Shown in pieces: positions 36,644-48,613 of a DNA stretch of 64,000 nucleotides. The first letter of the stretch is position 1. Every line of letters starts with the position of its first letter. The notes below the pieces were generated by a model. The model made no database searches and was not told the DNA's origin. It saw only the letters and a list, made by a program, of their open reading frames with translations. The stretch lies in assembly GCA_032718475.1 (NCBI GenBank), contig JAUCBJ010005087.1:740-64739 (forward strand), written 5' to 3'. The position numbers and the translations under genes are program-made. Source of the DNA: Nemertoderma westbladi. Its lineage: Eukaryota; Animalia; Xenacoelomorpha.

Positions 36644-38341
36644 AGCTGCTATATGAGTTTATCAATATTATAATAAGTTTATAATTAGGCTAGCGGGCGT
36701 CGCTGCCTACCCCTCTCGGCCCCCGGACAGTGCAAGATCCTCAGCGCCGATGTACCGTCGTCGCTGTGTTTTTCGCCAACGTAGTAGCTACACAACGACA
36801 ACGATAACCGGCACAAGTCACTCCACTGTCCGTCCCAAAGGCTTAGATTTACTTCAGGTTCTTGCTGCAGAGTTAGGGTTACTTTCACAATTGCGACTCG
36901 CTACTGTAAACACACTTTAGAAGTAACATTCACCTATAAACGCACAAATTCCACACAACTGTCACAAATTGTACACATGCAGGCCATTTGTCCGTTAGTC
37001 AGTGCCTTCCAGAATGCCACGTTATTATTATGTATCCTTGGATACTAGCAGTGTGCTATTTATTCCCTATGGTATTCAATGGGGCAAGCTTTCTATTGTT
37101 CTTTTAACTTGCTTCTAATTCTAGCGTGGTTGTTGCTATGGTGACATTATGGAAAGCTAGCAGTAGAATTAGGGTAATTCTCATGCACACAGATCTGGGA
37201 TGCTATTTAATAGTAATTCTTTAATTGTCAATATCCCCTTTATACATGATTTTATGAATTCGGCTATTGACTATATATTGGAGATTCTCGCACACTAATA
37301 CACTTAATAGGGTGAATCTCCGCTCCCATGATCTATTAATTAATGGAATTTTGGGAATGTTACAAATTGTATAAAAATGACAATTTATCAAATTCATTAA
37401 AAGATATGAATTTAAATTTATTCCCGTAAATTTTATTATTTAATATTAAATAGACACAATTTTATTCCAGAGCATGTCTGGGGACTAGGATCCTGAATTC
37501 TAGGACATTTGTCCTTTTAAGAGTATCGGTAAGTGCTACGATATCTTAATAGACTAGAATTTTAAAGGATCTAAAATTTTACAGATTTTGATTTATAGAT
37601 TTTCTAGAGTTAACTTGTAAATAGTTACTCTATTGTATTTATTTGACAGATTTTACAAATATTAATAGTTAATATTTAAGATGGGCACCGGTTTATTCCA
37701 GAACATGTCTGGGGACGTTAACCACTGATTCTAGAATTTTGTCTTTCAAGTATATCGGTGGGTGCCGCGATATCTTAATCGACTAGAATTACAGATGGTC
37801 AAAGGGTTTAACAGATTTATTTTGCCTTTTACGCTACTGTTAAAGGGACATCACGCTACTATATGTATTATTTAATATACGGTATGAGAGCAATATCGCA
37901 AGAAGCAATGTCAGTGAGAAGAGGCAAGTCGTTTCCAAGGTCTATCTAGAGCTTGGTTAAGCCTGGTTTAGGATCTGAATTTTGCATTCCTAATACTCTA
38001 CTTACCAATAATACTTGAATATAGTAGGAGCTTTATTGTACTTTAATAAGTACGGACATTTCATCTTACTGTAGTCACGTATTTATAATGTACTACGGAC
38101 AGTAAGGAAAGAGAAAAATAATTATTTCTCGCCGTCGCACTAAATATATAATATAATAGTAATTAAGTAATAAATGCGAATATATATGGCACTAATCTAG
38201 TAAATAATCGCTAAAATAACATTCTACTAAATAAAATTAAAGAAAACGATTATTATAAAATTAAGTAATAATACATACATAAGTATAAAATAATAAGAAC
38301 AAATATAAAATAATATAGTCACACACCCACTCCAGACGCTG

Positions 38342-40468
38342 TTACGTTGGGGAGTCCCTAGATGTTTGTTGGATTAGGGAGGTGGTCGTGGGAAGAGTAT
38401 CTTGCCTTCCATAGTTTCCGGAGAGTTCTCTGTCTCTTTCCAGTAAACATAAACGACCAACTGGGCGATTGAGCTGCTGTGTCTCGAAGACAATTCCCGG
38501 TTTCTTAAAGTTACGTCGCATGACGACGAGTTCTACCGATCGCACCAAACCATCATCCGAGATATGAGTCTCGATGATACGACCTGTCTGCCACCGCTTA
38601 CGTGGAAGATCTGAATCCACAATAAGGATCATGTCTCCAGCGCTGACGTTTTCTTGCTGCGCAAACCACTTAGTTCGAAGTTGTAGCGTGGGCAGATAAT
38701 GTTTTTCGAAATGGTCAGCGAAACGACGGGATAACAACTGCATAAGTTGCCAAGTTTGCCGGCAGTATTCGTCTCCGTCCGTGATTTCCGATCGTGGGAG
38801 CATGGCTACAGGTTTCTTCAGTAGGAAGTGCGCGGGTGTTAGCGCTTCCATGGAATCGGGACTCGATGAGACTGGCATAAGCGGTCTCTTGTTGAGATAG
38901 GCGGCGATTTCCTCCATTAACGTCCGCAAAAGTTCGTCGGTGAGATACGCGCGGCACGGCACTATAAAGTGAAATGCGGTCTTCACGCTCCTGATTAATC
39001 TCTCCCAACTTCCTCCCCACCAAGGGGCGTCGGCGGCATTGAAGGTCCAGCTAGACGCTGTTACCCTTAGCTGATCGTCCACCTGTCTTTGGTTCCAATC
39101 TTTGACGTAAGCTTTGATTTCATTGTTGGCACCAATGAAGTTCGTTCCCTTATCAGATCTCATCGTGTTACTAGTTCCAAAGCGAGCGATCTGTCGGCGT
39201 AAGCTCAATAGGAAGCTGTTGGTAGATAAATCGTTCACCACATCGAGATGGATAGCTCTACAAGTCATACAAACAAAGATGACGCACCATCTCTTGACTA
39301 TAGTCCTAGCACGATATACTTCAATAGGGCCAAATAAATCTACACCGGTATTAGTAAAGGGTGGTTCATAGAGGCTTACTCGTTCCCTAGGTAATTCTGC
39401 CTCTCGCTGTGTTAAAGGCCTACTGAATGCTTTCCTACAGGGTATGCAGTTCCTAAGAACTTGGTTCAGAGCTCTACGGGGTTTATAAAAATAATAGCGA
39501 GTTCGAATTTCGCTAAGAACTCGTTCTCTACCAGCATGATAAAGCTTACTGTGAACATCTACAATCATCTTGATTTGTATTTCAAGATTTCTAATGAGTA
39601 TGGGAAACTTAGTGTCAAAGGATAATGGAGCATTAGTTAGTCTTCCTCCAACACGTATTAACCCATCTATCATTGTGCTAGAGAAACGATCCCTTAAGCG
39701 CATCTGTGGATTTCTTAACAATAGGAAATACTTATCGGAATCCTCATAGCATTGCAGGAGTCTCAACATCTGCTTATTGGTTTCTTCATGCTCCTGGTAA
39801 CTGATCTTCTCCTTCAGAAACCTGTGGGATATCTGGTATTTGGGAAGATCTTTAACAACATGGACCTGCGCAGATGTCAGTGGAGCGGTATCACTAGTGG
39901 TCTTCGTCCTGGAGTAGTGATGATGAAAACATCGCTTTAAATATGTAACGGCCTTACAGAGCCGATTCCAGGAACTATAGTGATGTATCACTCTCTGCAG
40001 GAGAGGTGAGAGTCCTTGCGAGACGTCTGGTATTCCAGATTTCCAATCCCTCTCTCTGATTTCCACAACAGACTTATTTGTGGCTGTGGGTTTCGGATCC
40101 AAAGCGTCGTCTCCGGAAGTGTGTAGTACAGACAGATCTACCACGGGTTTAAATAACTTCGATTTACTCGCCCGAGTTTTAGGTTTGACTTTCTCCGCTC
40201 CCTTGGCCTGTCTAATCTCCGCCGTAGTAAGATGAGGAGGCCATTCATCCTCTTCTTTGCTTAGGAAGTCGGGTCCACCTAACCAGTCTGGAGTATCTAT
40301 CAGTTCTTGTGGAGTTGCTCCCCTTGAGGCGATGTCGGCTGGATTAATCGTTCCAGGGCAATGTCTCCATTGATCTATCTTCGTGCGACTAAGTATAATG
40401 GCTACTCTGTTGGTAACGAAGACGCTGAACTGACAGACTTCATTGGTTATATACTCCAACACGAGCAA
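38342..40468 (-). CDS. pol: Element B pol: RNase H C-terminus + integrase
   Basis: WRHCPGTINPADIASRG; HHCC zinc motif (H..LYH...CIPC); DDE motifs GVDLFGP / SDKGTNF / GGSWERLI; C-terminal DGLVRSV and RPVGRLCLLE. Confidence 0.93.
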   Translation of the reverse strand: MLVLEYITNEVCQFSVFVTNRVAIILSRTKIDQWRHCPGTINPADIASRGATPQELIDTPDWLGGPDFLSKEEDEWPPHLTTAEIRQAKGAEKVKPKTRASKSKLFKPVVDLSVLHTSGDDALDPKPTATNKSVVEIRERDWKSGIPDVSQGLSPLLQRVIHHYSSWNRLCKAVTYLKRCFHHHYSRTKTTSDTAPLTSAQVHVVKDLPKYQISHRFLKEKISYQEHEETNKQMLRLLQCYEDSDKYFLLLRNPQMRLRDRFSSTMIDGLIRVGGRLTNAPLSFDTKFPILIRNLEIQIKMIVDVHSKLYHAGRERVLSEIRTRYYFYKPRRALNQVLRNCIPCRKAFSRPLTQREAELPRERVSLYEPPFTNTGVDLFGPIEVYRARTIVKRWCVIFVCMTCRAIHLDVVNDLSTNSFLLSLRRQIARFGTSNTMRSDKGTNFIGANNEIKAYVKDWNQRQVDDQLRVTASSWTFNAADAPWWGGSWERLIRSVKTAFHFIVPCRAYLTDELLRTLMEEIAAYLNKRPLMPVSSSPDSMEALTPAHFLLKKPVAMLPRSEITDGDEYCRQTWQLMQLLSRRFADHFEKHYLPTLQLRTKWFAQQENVSAGDMILIVDSDLPRKRWQTGRIIETHISDDGLVRSVELVVMRRNFKKPGIVFETQQLNRPVGRLCLLERDRELSGNYGRQDTLPTTTSLIQQTSRDSPT

Positions 40469-40477
40469 AGCATCGGT

Positions 40478-42300
40478 TCAATAGACAGTTTTCTCCAGTG
40501 GATAGTCGATATGTTCTGTTACATTCCGGCCAATGGCTGTAGCGTATAGAGCAGCTTTTAACTCCGCTCGAGGAACTTTCAACTTGTTGTTTATCAATGC
40601 CTTAGAGGTAACCAAGGCGACTTTGATTCCATCCGGAGTTTCAACTCTCAGGTAGGCTACTATACCTATTCCCATATTGCTGGCGTCTCCAAACACATGG
40701 AGTTGATAGGAATACGTAAGGAGAACATGACCAAAATATGAACGGGAAATTATAAAGTTCTCGATGGCTGGTAGAGAATCTTCCCATTTCATCCACTTCT
40801 TTAATAGTTCTCCCTTAAGTGGATCGTCCCATGAGTGGTTTTCAAGCCACATTTGTTGTACTAAACTCCGAGCAATCAATATAACTGGGCTAATAAATCC
40901 CAATGGATCGAAATAAGTGCTCAGGATACTTAGACAAATCCGTTTAGTCCGAACTGGATTATCTCGCTGTTTTAGCTGGAAAAACAGGATATCTCTCTCT
41001 GTGTCCCATTTCAAACCCGTTTAGTCCGAACTGGATTATCTCGCTGTTTTAGCTGGAAAAACAGGATATCTCTCTCTGTGTCCCATTTCAAACCAAGTGT
41101 CTTGGTTTCTGGAAGATCGTCCTTGATTAGGTCTAGATCTTTAACTCCTCGATCTTCTACCGGGATCGATTCCAGAAACTCACGTGAGTTGCTGGTGAAT
41201 TTAGTTAATCGAAATCCACCTCTTTTCAAGCACTCTACCGTTCCTTTGGCGACATCAATGGCTTCTTCCACCAATGGGAGGGACTTTAAATTGTCGTCCA
41301 TGTATATATCCCGTGTGATGTTGTCTATAACCTCTTTAGAGAAGGCGTCCCGGTTGTCATCAGCAGTGGTGCGCACCACTGAGCAGGCGTTTGAAGGGCT
41401 TGAGATGATCCCAAAAGCCTGGATGGTCATCCAATACTCCACCGGTTTCTGGTTGAGGTCTCCTTCAGGCCACCACAGAAATCGTAGGCTGTCTCGATCC
41501 CTATCCAGCGCCTTGACTTGTAAGAACATGCCTTCTATATCGGAGGCGAAAGCGATTGAATATTGTCGTAATCTTAAGAGTATTCCCAACAAGGATTGGA
41601 GTAAGTTGGGTCCTGGTAACAACTCGGAATTAAGGGATTGGCCCATGTAGAGGGCGGAGCCTTCAAATACTACCCGGACTTCATGGGGTTTACCGGGTTT
41701 GGGAACGTAACGTAATGATGTGTTAGATAGTACGTTCTCTCAGTTATGGGTGTTTCTTCCGGTACTCGCTCCGCATATCCCTTGTCAATAAATTTCTTCA
41801 ACTGAGTCTTGTACATTTCTTTAGCTGAAGCATTTGCCGTAAGGCGTCGATATAGTTGTGCAATTCTTTTCTCCGCCAAGGGTCAGTTGTTTATAAATTT
41901 AGGTTTTCGCTTTCGAAATGGTAGACCGATTTCATATCTACCTTGATCTTTAAGAAAACGTGTAGTTGTCTCCTGAATCTGCTTGGCTCTTTCATCTTCT
42001 ACCAATAGGGCCTTATCGTAGGAATTGGGCTCTACAGCCTCTTGAGTAAAGAATCATACGGCGTGTTCATCGCGAGTCTTCGCGTTGTAGTGATCTATCA
42101 CTTCATTCAGTTCGTCGTTGTACGCTGATTGTTCTGCTGGATGAATGAGGTGACATAGGTTCACTTGGTTTTGCCAAGTATCGTTTTCTGTAAGGAGGTC
42201 GATGGTCTTCTCCTCGTTGAAGAGTTGGTGGATGTCGTCATTATCTGAGGATTATGGAGTTCCCTCAATTATGTCATCTACCTCACTGAACTCCTCTTCC
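40478..42300 (-). pseudogene. pol: Element B pol: reverse transcriptase + RNase H N-terminus (frameshifted)
   Basis: PGPNLLQSL, SDIEGMFLQV, FGIISSP, DIYMDD, FDPLGFISP and LHVFGDAS motifs. Broken by stops and a 77-bp tandem duplication (40940-41016 / 41017-41093). Confidence 0.92.
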
Positions 42301-42384
42301 CATTCTCTTACCTGGTATACCCATTATTTGGGTAACCTTTCCATGAGAGTTCTACGGGAAGGGCCAGTAAAGTACCAACCTACT

Positions 42385-42849
42385 CTAGTTCTTCCCGCAT
42401 AGGCTTGTAGTGGTTGCGGTTGAGCAGGCCGATTTCTCCAATGTCTCAAGCGCCTCATGCGCATTTTGGCCGATGAGTATTTGCACTCCAGGGTAGTCTG
42501 TGTTGAATCTAGGTATCTTAAGCTGCTGGGTGAAATCGTCCTCATCCCAGTTATAAGGTTCCACTTGGCTGGTAGCGAAGTTCTTTATCGCCACCATTTT
42601 TACTGACCTTATACTGTGTTCTCCTAGTTCATCCTGGGGGGTGGACAACGCGCCTACGTAGTAGTCTGTAGCTACTGTAGATTTCCAATCCTGCATAATT
42701 CCTGAAAGGTTCAACTTAGTTCGGAACTTGGGTTGTCCAACAAAGATGTCTTCGGCTAGTTCTTTGTCGATGAATGTTCCGGTGCTGCCGGAGTCAAGGA
42801 GGGCGTTCACTATATAGCTCCCTTTTAACCCGTGGACTCTCAACTGCAC
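42385..42849 (-). CDS. Element B aspartic protease
   Basis: NALLDSGSTGTFI and VQILIG motifs, with RTRVGWYFTGP in the adjacent frame. Confidence 0.85.
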   Translation of the reverse strand: MQLRVHGLKGSYIVNALLDSGSTGTFIDKELAEDIFVGQPKFRTKLNLSGIMQDWKSTVATDYYVGALSTPQDELGEHSIRSVKMVAIKNFATSQVEPYNWDEDDFTQQLKIPRFNTDYPGVQILIGQNAHEALETLEKSACSTATTTSLCGKN

Positions 42850-42917
42850 TACGGGAAATTCTCGGATCCCTACATTGGAAGTTGATGCTTTCCAAGATGG
42901 TTGTCAGTCAGGAGTAG

Positions 42918-45900
42918 TTAGAGGGGCTTACTGTCGGTGTCCTTTTCATACGTAAGTGCTCGATACACTGCGGTATTTATTAGGTAACAGGATTCGTTTT
43001 CGTCGGAGAATTCATCCGTATAGAATCCTTCCATCTCAGAACTTTGATCAGTGTCGTTCACATCACTGAATTGGACATGTAGTTCGGACTCACTTACCTG
43101 ACTCGGGCTGTTTCTTTCGAATTCAGTGTGCAACAAGAAATGATGTTTTGCGCCGCACTTAGCACACCTTGCGTCGGAGTAACAGGTTCGTCGTTGGTGT
43201 CCTCGTCTGAGGCAATTATAACACAACCGCTTATCCCACATGACTTCACATCTATCTTTTAATGATTTCCTCAGGAATTCATCACACGCACTTAAACGGT
43301 GGGGCCCGTCGCACAACACACATTTTGGTTTGATGTTACTTACCTTACTTTGGATAACGTTGTGCACACTCGTTCTTTCCTCGGGCTTTCTTCCATGAAT
43401 TCTCTTAGGAGACGTAGGAGGAGTTTTTCTTACCTGTTCTCTCCTGTCATTGGTTCGAGACTTGAATTTACTTACGTCCTTAGGCGCTTTGTTGTCATAG
43501 TAAGATCTTTCAGTGTCTTTCCCGCTGTCTTCCTCTTGAGAAGCCTGGCTTTCGCCGTCGTCTGTATAACACACTGGTATTACCTTTCTCCTAGAAACGG
43601 GTTTCTCACTTACCTTATTTTCCGGTGTCTTCTCTCTGGACTGCTTTAGGAGCGGTAATTTTACCTCTCCATCTAAGAATGACATGAAATCAGCCATGGT
43701 AGGATCTCTTCGTTGTTGTTCCATCATATATAACACTTTCTTGTCCCAGCGTGTACCTACTCCGCCCTTGGGCAAATTAGATGCTAAGGCTCCTACAACC
43801 ATAGAATTCTGGTATTCATGAGACTTACCTAACCAATCTAGTTGTCTACAGATCTCCTGAATCTCGTCGGAAAACTCTATAATCCTGCTGCTAAGAAACT
43901 TTCGGGGCGCCATTAATTTCGCATATAAATACCTAGCTATGTTAGTCCTATTACCATACCTGATGTTCAGTGTATCCCAAACTTGTCTTAATCCATCTGG
44001 ATGTCCAATAAACTTTAACGCCATTAACTTGGGAGATCCTTCCAAGCACTCGATGAGGAATCTAAGTCTCTCCGAATCTCTCTGTTAGATAGCACAGAGT
44101 TCTGTATGTTATCTTTATAATATTCATTAAAAGGTAACCATTTCATCTCATCTCCATTGAACTTGACGATCTCTCCCACCTTTACCGCTTGACGGGCTTC
44201 AGTTCTAGCCATTTGACGCATAAAACTTTCTTGGGCCATCGTATTATTTAATATCGAGTTATCGGTATATAAATTTCTCGGATTATTATCAGGTCTATAT
44301 GGAATATCATTGTCAACAGGTTTATAATTACCCTTAATAGGGTTTACTATAGGAGTTTCTACTTCACTAGCAGTATAGATGCGTGTAGGCTCCACACCTT
44401 GCGCATGAAATACTTCAGACCTAACAGGTTGACACATTGTTACCGGGGTTGGTGGTATACCCCTTTGGGTATTTACTAATTTATCGCGTTCCAACGCGAT
44501 ACTCTGCTGCACCTCTTGCAACTCTAACCTACTTTCCCTTACCGTGCCCTTGAACTGCTGAACAGTTCCTTCCATCTCCCGGACCTGCTGAGAGGAGCAC
44601 TTACGGTGTTCCCTCAGCTGCCCGAGCAGGAGACCCATCTCCCGTCGTCCCTCAGCTACCCACTCGACCGCCGAAGCGGGAGTCGCCAACATAGTAGCGG
44701 GCGAGCGAGAGACGACGGGCGATAAATTCTTGATATCTTGCTCGGCGTCCAGGACGGGTTCGGACTCGGGAACAGTCCTACTGGGCACAGTTAGTTTAGT
44801 ACTGTGCAAAGGGAATTTAGAGGTAGGTTCTGGGAGTACAGGTGTCTCTATCACCGAAGGGGTGGCTTCGAGAACAGGCCTAATTATTTCAGGCTCATCT
44901 ACTATAGTAGGGAGTCTTTCTATTTTAATAATTTGGTCTGTGGGTTCTGTACTACCTAAGTCTGTGCTAGCTAGTTGCCTTCTAACAGCTGGGGGCAAAT
45001 CAGGCAATTTCTGATGGTGAGGCATTCTTCTACGTCTGCTTAGACGAGATCTATTTCCTCCGTCTTCAGGATCGGTGGTATTGCCTTCATCAGATGATGT
45101 AAATCCCTGCCTTTTGGGAGTAGATCGACTCATCATCTGCATTTGACTGGCTGTTAACTGTTTATTTATGCAGTCTTGCTTCTCTTGAATATTTTCCAAC
45201 TCTAGTTGGGTGGTCTCCTCAGACGCTCTCCGTTCTGCTTCTGCCACTGCCATCTTTCTTTCCGCCTCTGCCGCTGCCGCTTTTCTTTCCGCTTCTGCCG
45301 CTGCCGCTTTTATTTCCGCTTCTGCCGCTGCCGCTTTTCTTTCCGCTTCTGCCGCTGCCGCTTTTCTTTCCGCTTCTGCCGCTGCTACTGCCGCTGCTGC
45401 TGTCTTTCTGTCTTCTATACGTCTTTTCTTTACTTGTTCTTCTTGGACCCTAGCGATGCGGAGGCGTTCATCGAATTTAGCTTGGTTCGCAGCTAACATT
45501 TCCGCATCTATCGCGTCCAACACAAACTTGGCTCCTTCACTATTACGACGAAGTCCAGCCAGCCTTCTCCTCAACTCTTCATCACCTAGAAATCGTTGAT
45601 AGTCTGACAGATAGATGTCAATATCGTCCCTCTCATGCGGTTTCTCTGCTGTCGCTTCACTTTCCACTTGGGAAAAGGTAGCGTCTGTTGATTTTCCATG
45701 GGTTGAGCGCTCAGCCAGCTGAGATTTCCACTGGGCCGTTCCTTGGACTTTAAGACTCACCCGTTGGAACCAAGTCTTTATGGCAACTTGCAACGACGTG
45801 TCTTGGCTTCTCTTCGAGGCTTCCTCAAAGACCGAAAGGATTAGTCTGATCCTTAAGATTCGTTCTCGAACTTGATAAAGCAGCTCTCCCTGCTCTTGAG

Positions 45901-46582
45901 GTCCTTGACGTTGTTGAAACAGGTGTTCCTCTAATCGCTCAAAAGAACTGAAGAATCCCTGTACATATCCTGCTGCCGACCTCTTCCACACAGCTGGATC
46001 TCGAGTATCCTTTACTACTCCCATCCTGTATAAATCCTCCCAGGCAGCTTCCGATAAGTTAAATGGGAGTCCGGGTCCGGGGAAGTTCCATTGCGACTCG
46101 ACAATAGACTTCAGTTCCTCTCTTGTGTATCCCGCATAACTATCCTTGGTCGATCGCTTACTTCTCGCCCAATCAATTTGGTGTTCCTCCACCGCAATCA
46201 ATACCCTAGTGAGTACGGCTGCAGGAAGGATGAGAAGGGGATCCGAATAAACCTCATCTGCCATCTTTGCTCCGCGCTCGGGTGTCAGCTCTACAGTATC
46301 CGAACTACTGGAGCTGTCGGGCCGCTGAGAAATAAGTTCTCGGCTCGAGGGTTGCTGCTGTTTAGCAGCTGCTTCTTGATCCTGCTTGACTTGAGCCCGA
46401 GTGCCTATGATAGACCTACGGTGTTGGACTAGCCTAGGGTCTGATACTACTACTGGAGGGATGATCTTTCTTACAGTAGGAGGTGAGTTGAACTTTGGTC
46501 TCACATGTTCCACACTCCTGTCTGGTTCACAGATGGTTGTATCTAGGAGACTGTCTGACAGGTTTTGCTTTGTGTCAGACAT
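42918..46582 (-). pseudogene. gag: Element B Gag (two frames: 44024-46582 and 42918-44045)
   Basis: Long N-terminus with (AAAEAERK)n helix repeats, then KFNGDEMKWLPF and three BEL-type knuckles CVLCDGPHRLSAC, CYNCLRRGHQRRTC, CAKCGAKHHFLLH. Confidence 0.9.
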
Positions 46583-46716
46583 GTTTGTTTGTGCAGTTGA
46601 ATGCCTACTGCTGTATTACAGTTAAAGCAAGTCTAATAATTCAGTATCAACTGTTAGCCTAGTAATTAATTACCGATATCGTTACTCAGTGTAACGTGAT
46701 ATATTTACAATATATT

Positions 46717-47095
46717 AGAATACCGATATGCACTTATAGTATATATATAAGTATTATTACAGACTAGGTTTGTCACAGAATACCGGTATATAATTTCAGC
46801 GCAAATATATAGAATATATAATAAGCCTATCGTGAATACCGGTATACAGCTTACACTTATAGTATATATAAGTATAATTATAGACTAGAATTAATTACAG
46901 AATACCGGTATATAATTTCAGCACAAATATATAGAAATATATAATAAGCCTATCGTGAATACCGGTATACAGCTTACACTTATAGTATATATAAGTATAA
47001 TTATAGACTAGAATTAATTATAGAATACCGGTATATAATTTCAGCACAAATATATAGAAATATATAATAAGCCTATCGTGAATACCGGTATATCA
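46717..47095. repeat. ~124-bp tandem repeat (about 3 units) in the leader of element B
   Basis: GAATACCGGTATATAATTTCAGC...AAGCCTATCGTGAATACCGGTATA repeated. Confidence 0.85.
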
Positions 47096-48601
47096 ATTAT
47101 TTTAGAATAATTGAATTTCTGAATTTTCAGGGTTACTTGGTTACTTTACTTTACTTTATTACCGTTATTTAAGCAGTAGTCCAACTGACATTAAGACCTA
47201 ATTGTTATATGACAGGCCTACTATTTTATAAATCGGTTTGAGTTGATTTATAATATATATACCCGTTTAATGGGTTTTGTTACAATATTTGAAATAAATG
47301 TTATTATTTCTGGGAAGGAGTCACTACACAGAAGCTGTACGCTCTCAGTGAAGTGCTACTTGTTGGACACTAAAACAAATAATTCTACTTTACTAAGTTA
47401 CTTATTACTACAAATTATGTACAATTGCGGGGTGAGATTACAATCTCTAAATAAACACAAAAATTACACTTACGAATTTTTTAGGGTAATTTTACAAGAA
47501 GTCTACAAACCAGCCTAACAAAGGGTTAGAATATCTGGTTATTACAAACGGACAGGATACTACGGTATTTGAAAATAATAAAGCAGTAGTAAATATACTG
47601 CGTTGTCCAGATAGGAAAAATACCACCGTCTGACGACTTATAGCCGTAACGCTATAAGTACTACGTTATGTATCACGGAGTGTTCCTACCTAGAAGTTAA
47701 TTACCGCGGCCTACCAGAGCCAACGTGCCTATTAACCACTTTACAACACAAATATACTGCCTACACACTAATTACCTTCGGAAAGCACTGTACACTAAAC
47801 CCTAAATTAGGTACAAGTACTTATACAACAAATAACCAGCAGTTAAAAATACTTGTACAGCTAAAAGAACCACGGTATCTGCCGGAGTGACTAGAGCATA
47901 AAATCACCAGTCTTTACCTACGCCAAACAGCCCTGATGTAGTACCGGGGTTAATTTAACTATAACGGTATGTATAACAAGCACAATTACTGTAGGAATAA
48001 ACTTGGGGGTATGTATGTTGCGAATAATCGCAAAAACTCTGAATAATAAATATTACGCTACCCGTACAGACTACACAAACAAAATACAGACCAAATGCTA
48101 GCAGACTACTATCAAGCCTAAATAAACTACAGTATATGCAGACTCCGAAATGGTTAGTTAGTATGCGTTCTAACCGAGTAGTACGACTTATTCTTTCGGG
48201 GGGATTTACCTTACAGCACTGGATGCACACCACGTTCCTAACTAGTACTTTATCGGACATACACTCTACACACACTGCAATCTCTTCAGACTTAACAACA
48301 GTCAGACAACAGTCCAGCCTACAAATTTCCTGTACAATCTGAGCAGGCTTACACGTCTTCTGTTCAATATTAACCTACAAATAAATAAAACTGAAAGAAA
48401 TAAGTAAACCATACAAAGGAATAAGGGGTGATCAATCCCTAATCCCCTAACAGCCTACAATATACAATATATCACAATCGAAATAATACTGGTGTACCTG
48501 TACTGCTGTAAGTACCGGTTCGGGTGGTTAGGTAGTTAGGCCTACTGGTTACCGGTTGACCGGTACTTTAGTCTTTATTGCCTACGTCACAATAAAGATC
48601 C

Positions 48602-48613
48602 TATAACTGTTAT
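48602..48613 (-). promoter_or_regulatory. Non-tRNA primer-binding-site position of element B (ATAACAGTTATA on minus strand)
   Basis: Abuts the 5' LTR end and has no TGG. Exact reverse complement of minus-strand TATAACTGTTAT at 49376-49365 in the LTR. Confidence 0.6.

Noticed and set aside
45206-45599. Plus-strand Ala-rich and Cys/Arg/Phe-rich ORFs
   Set aside because: They are antisense shadows of the (AAAEAERK)n repeat in element B gag. The same applies to most other short ORFs overlapping TE coding regions.
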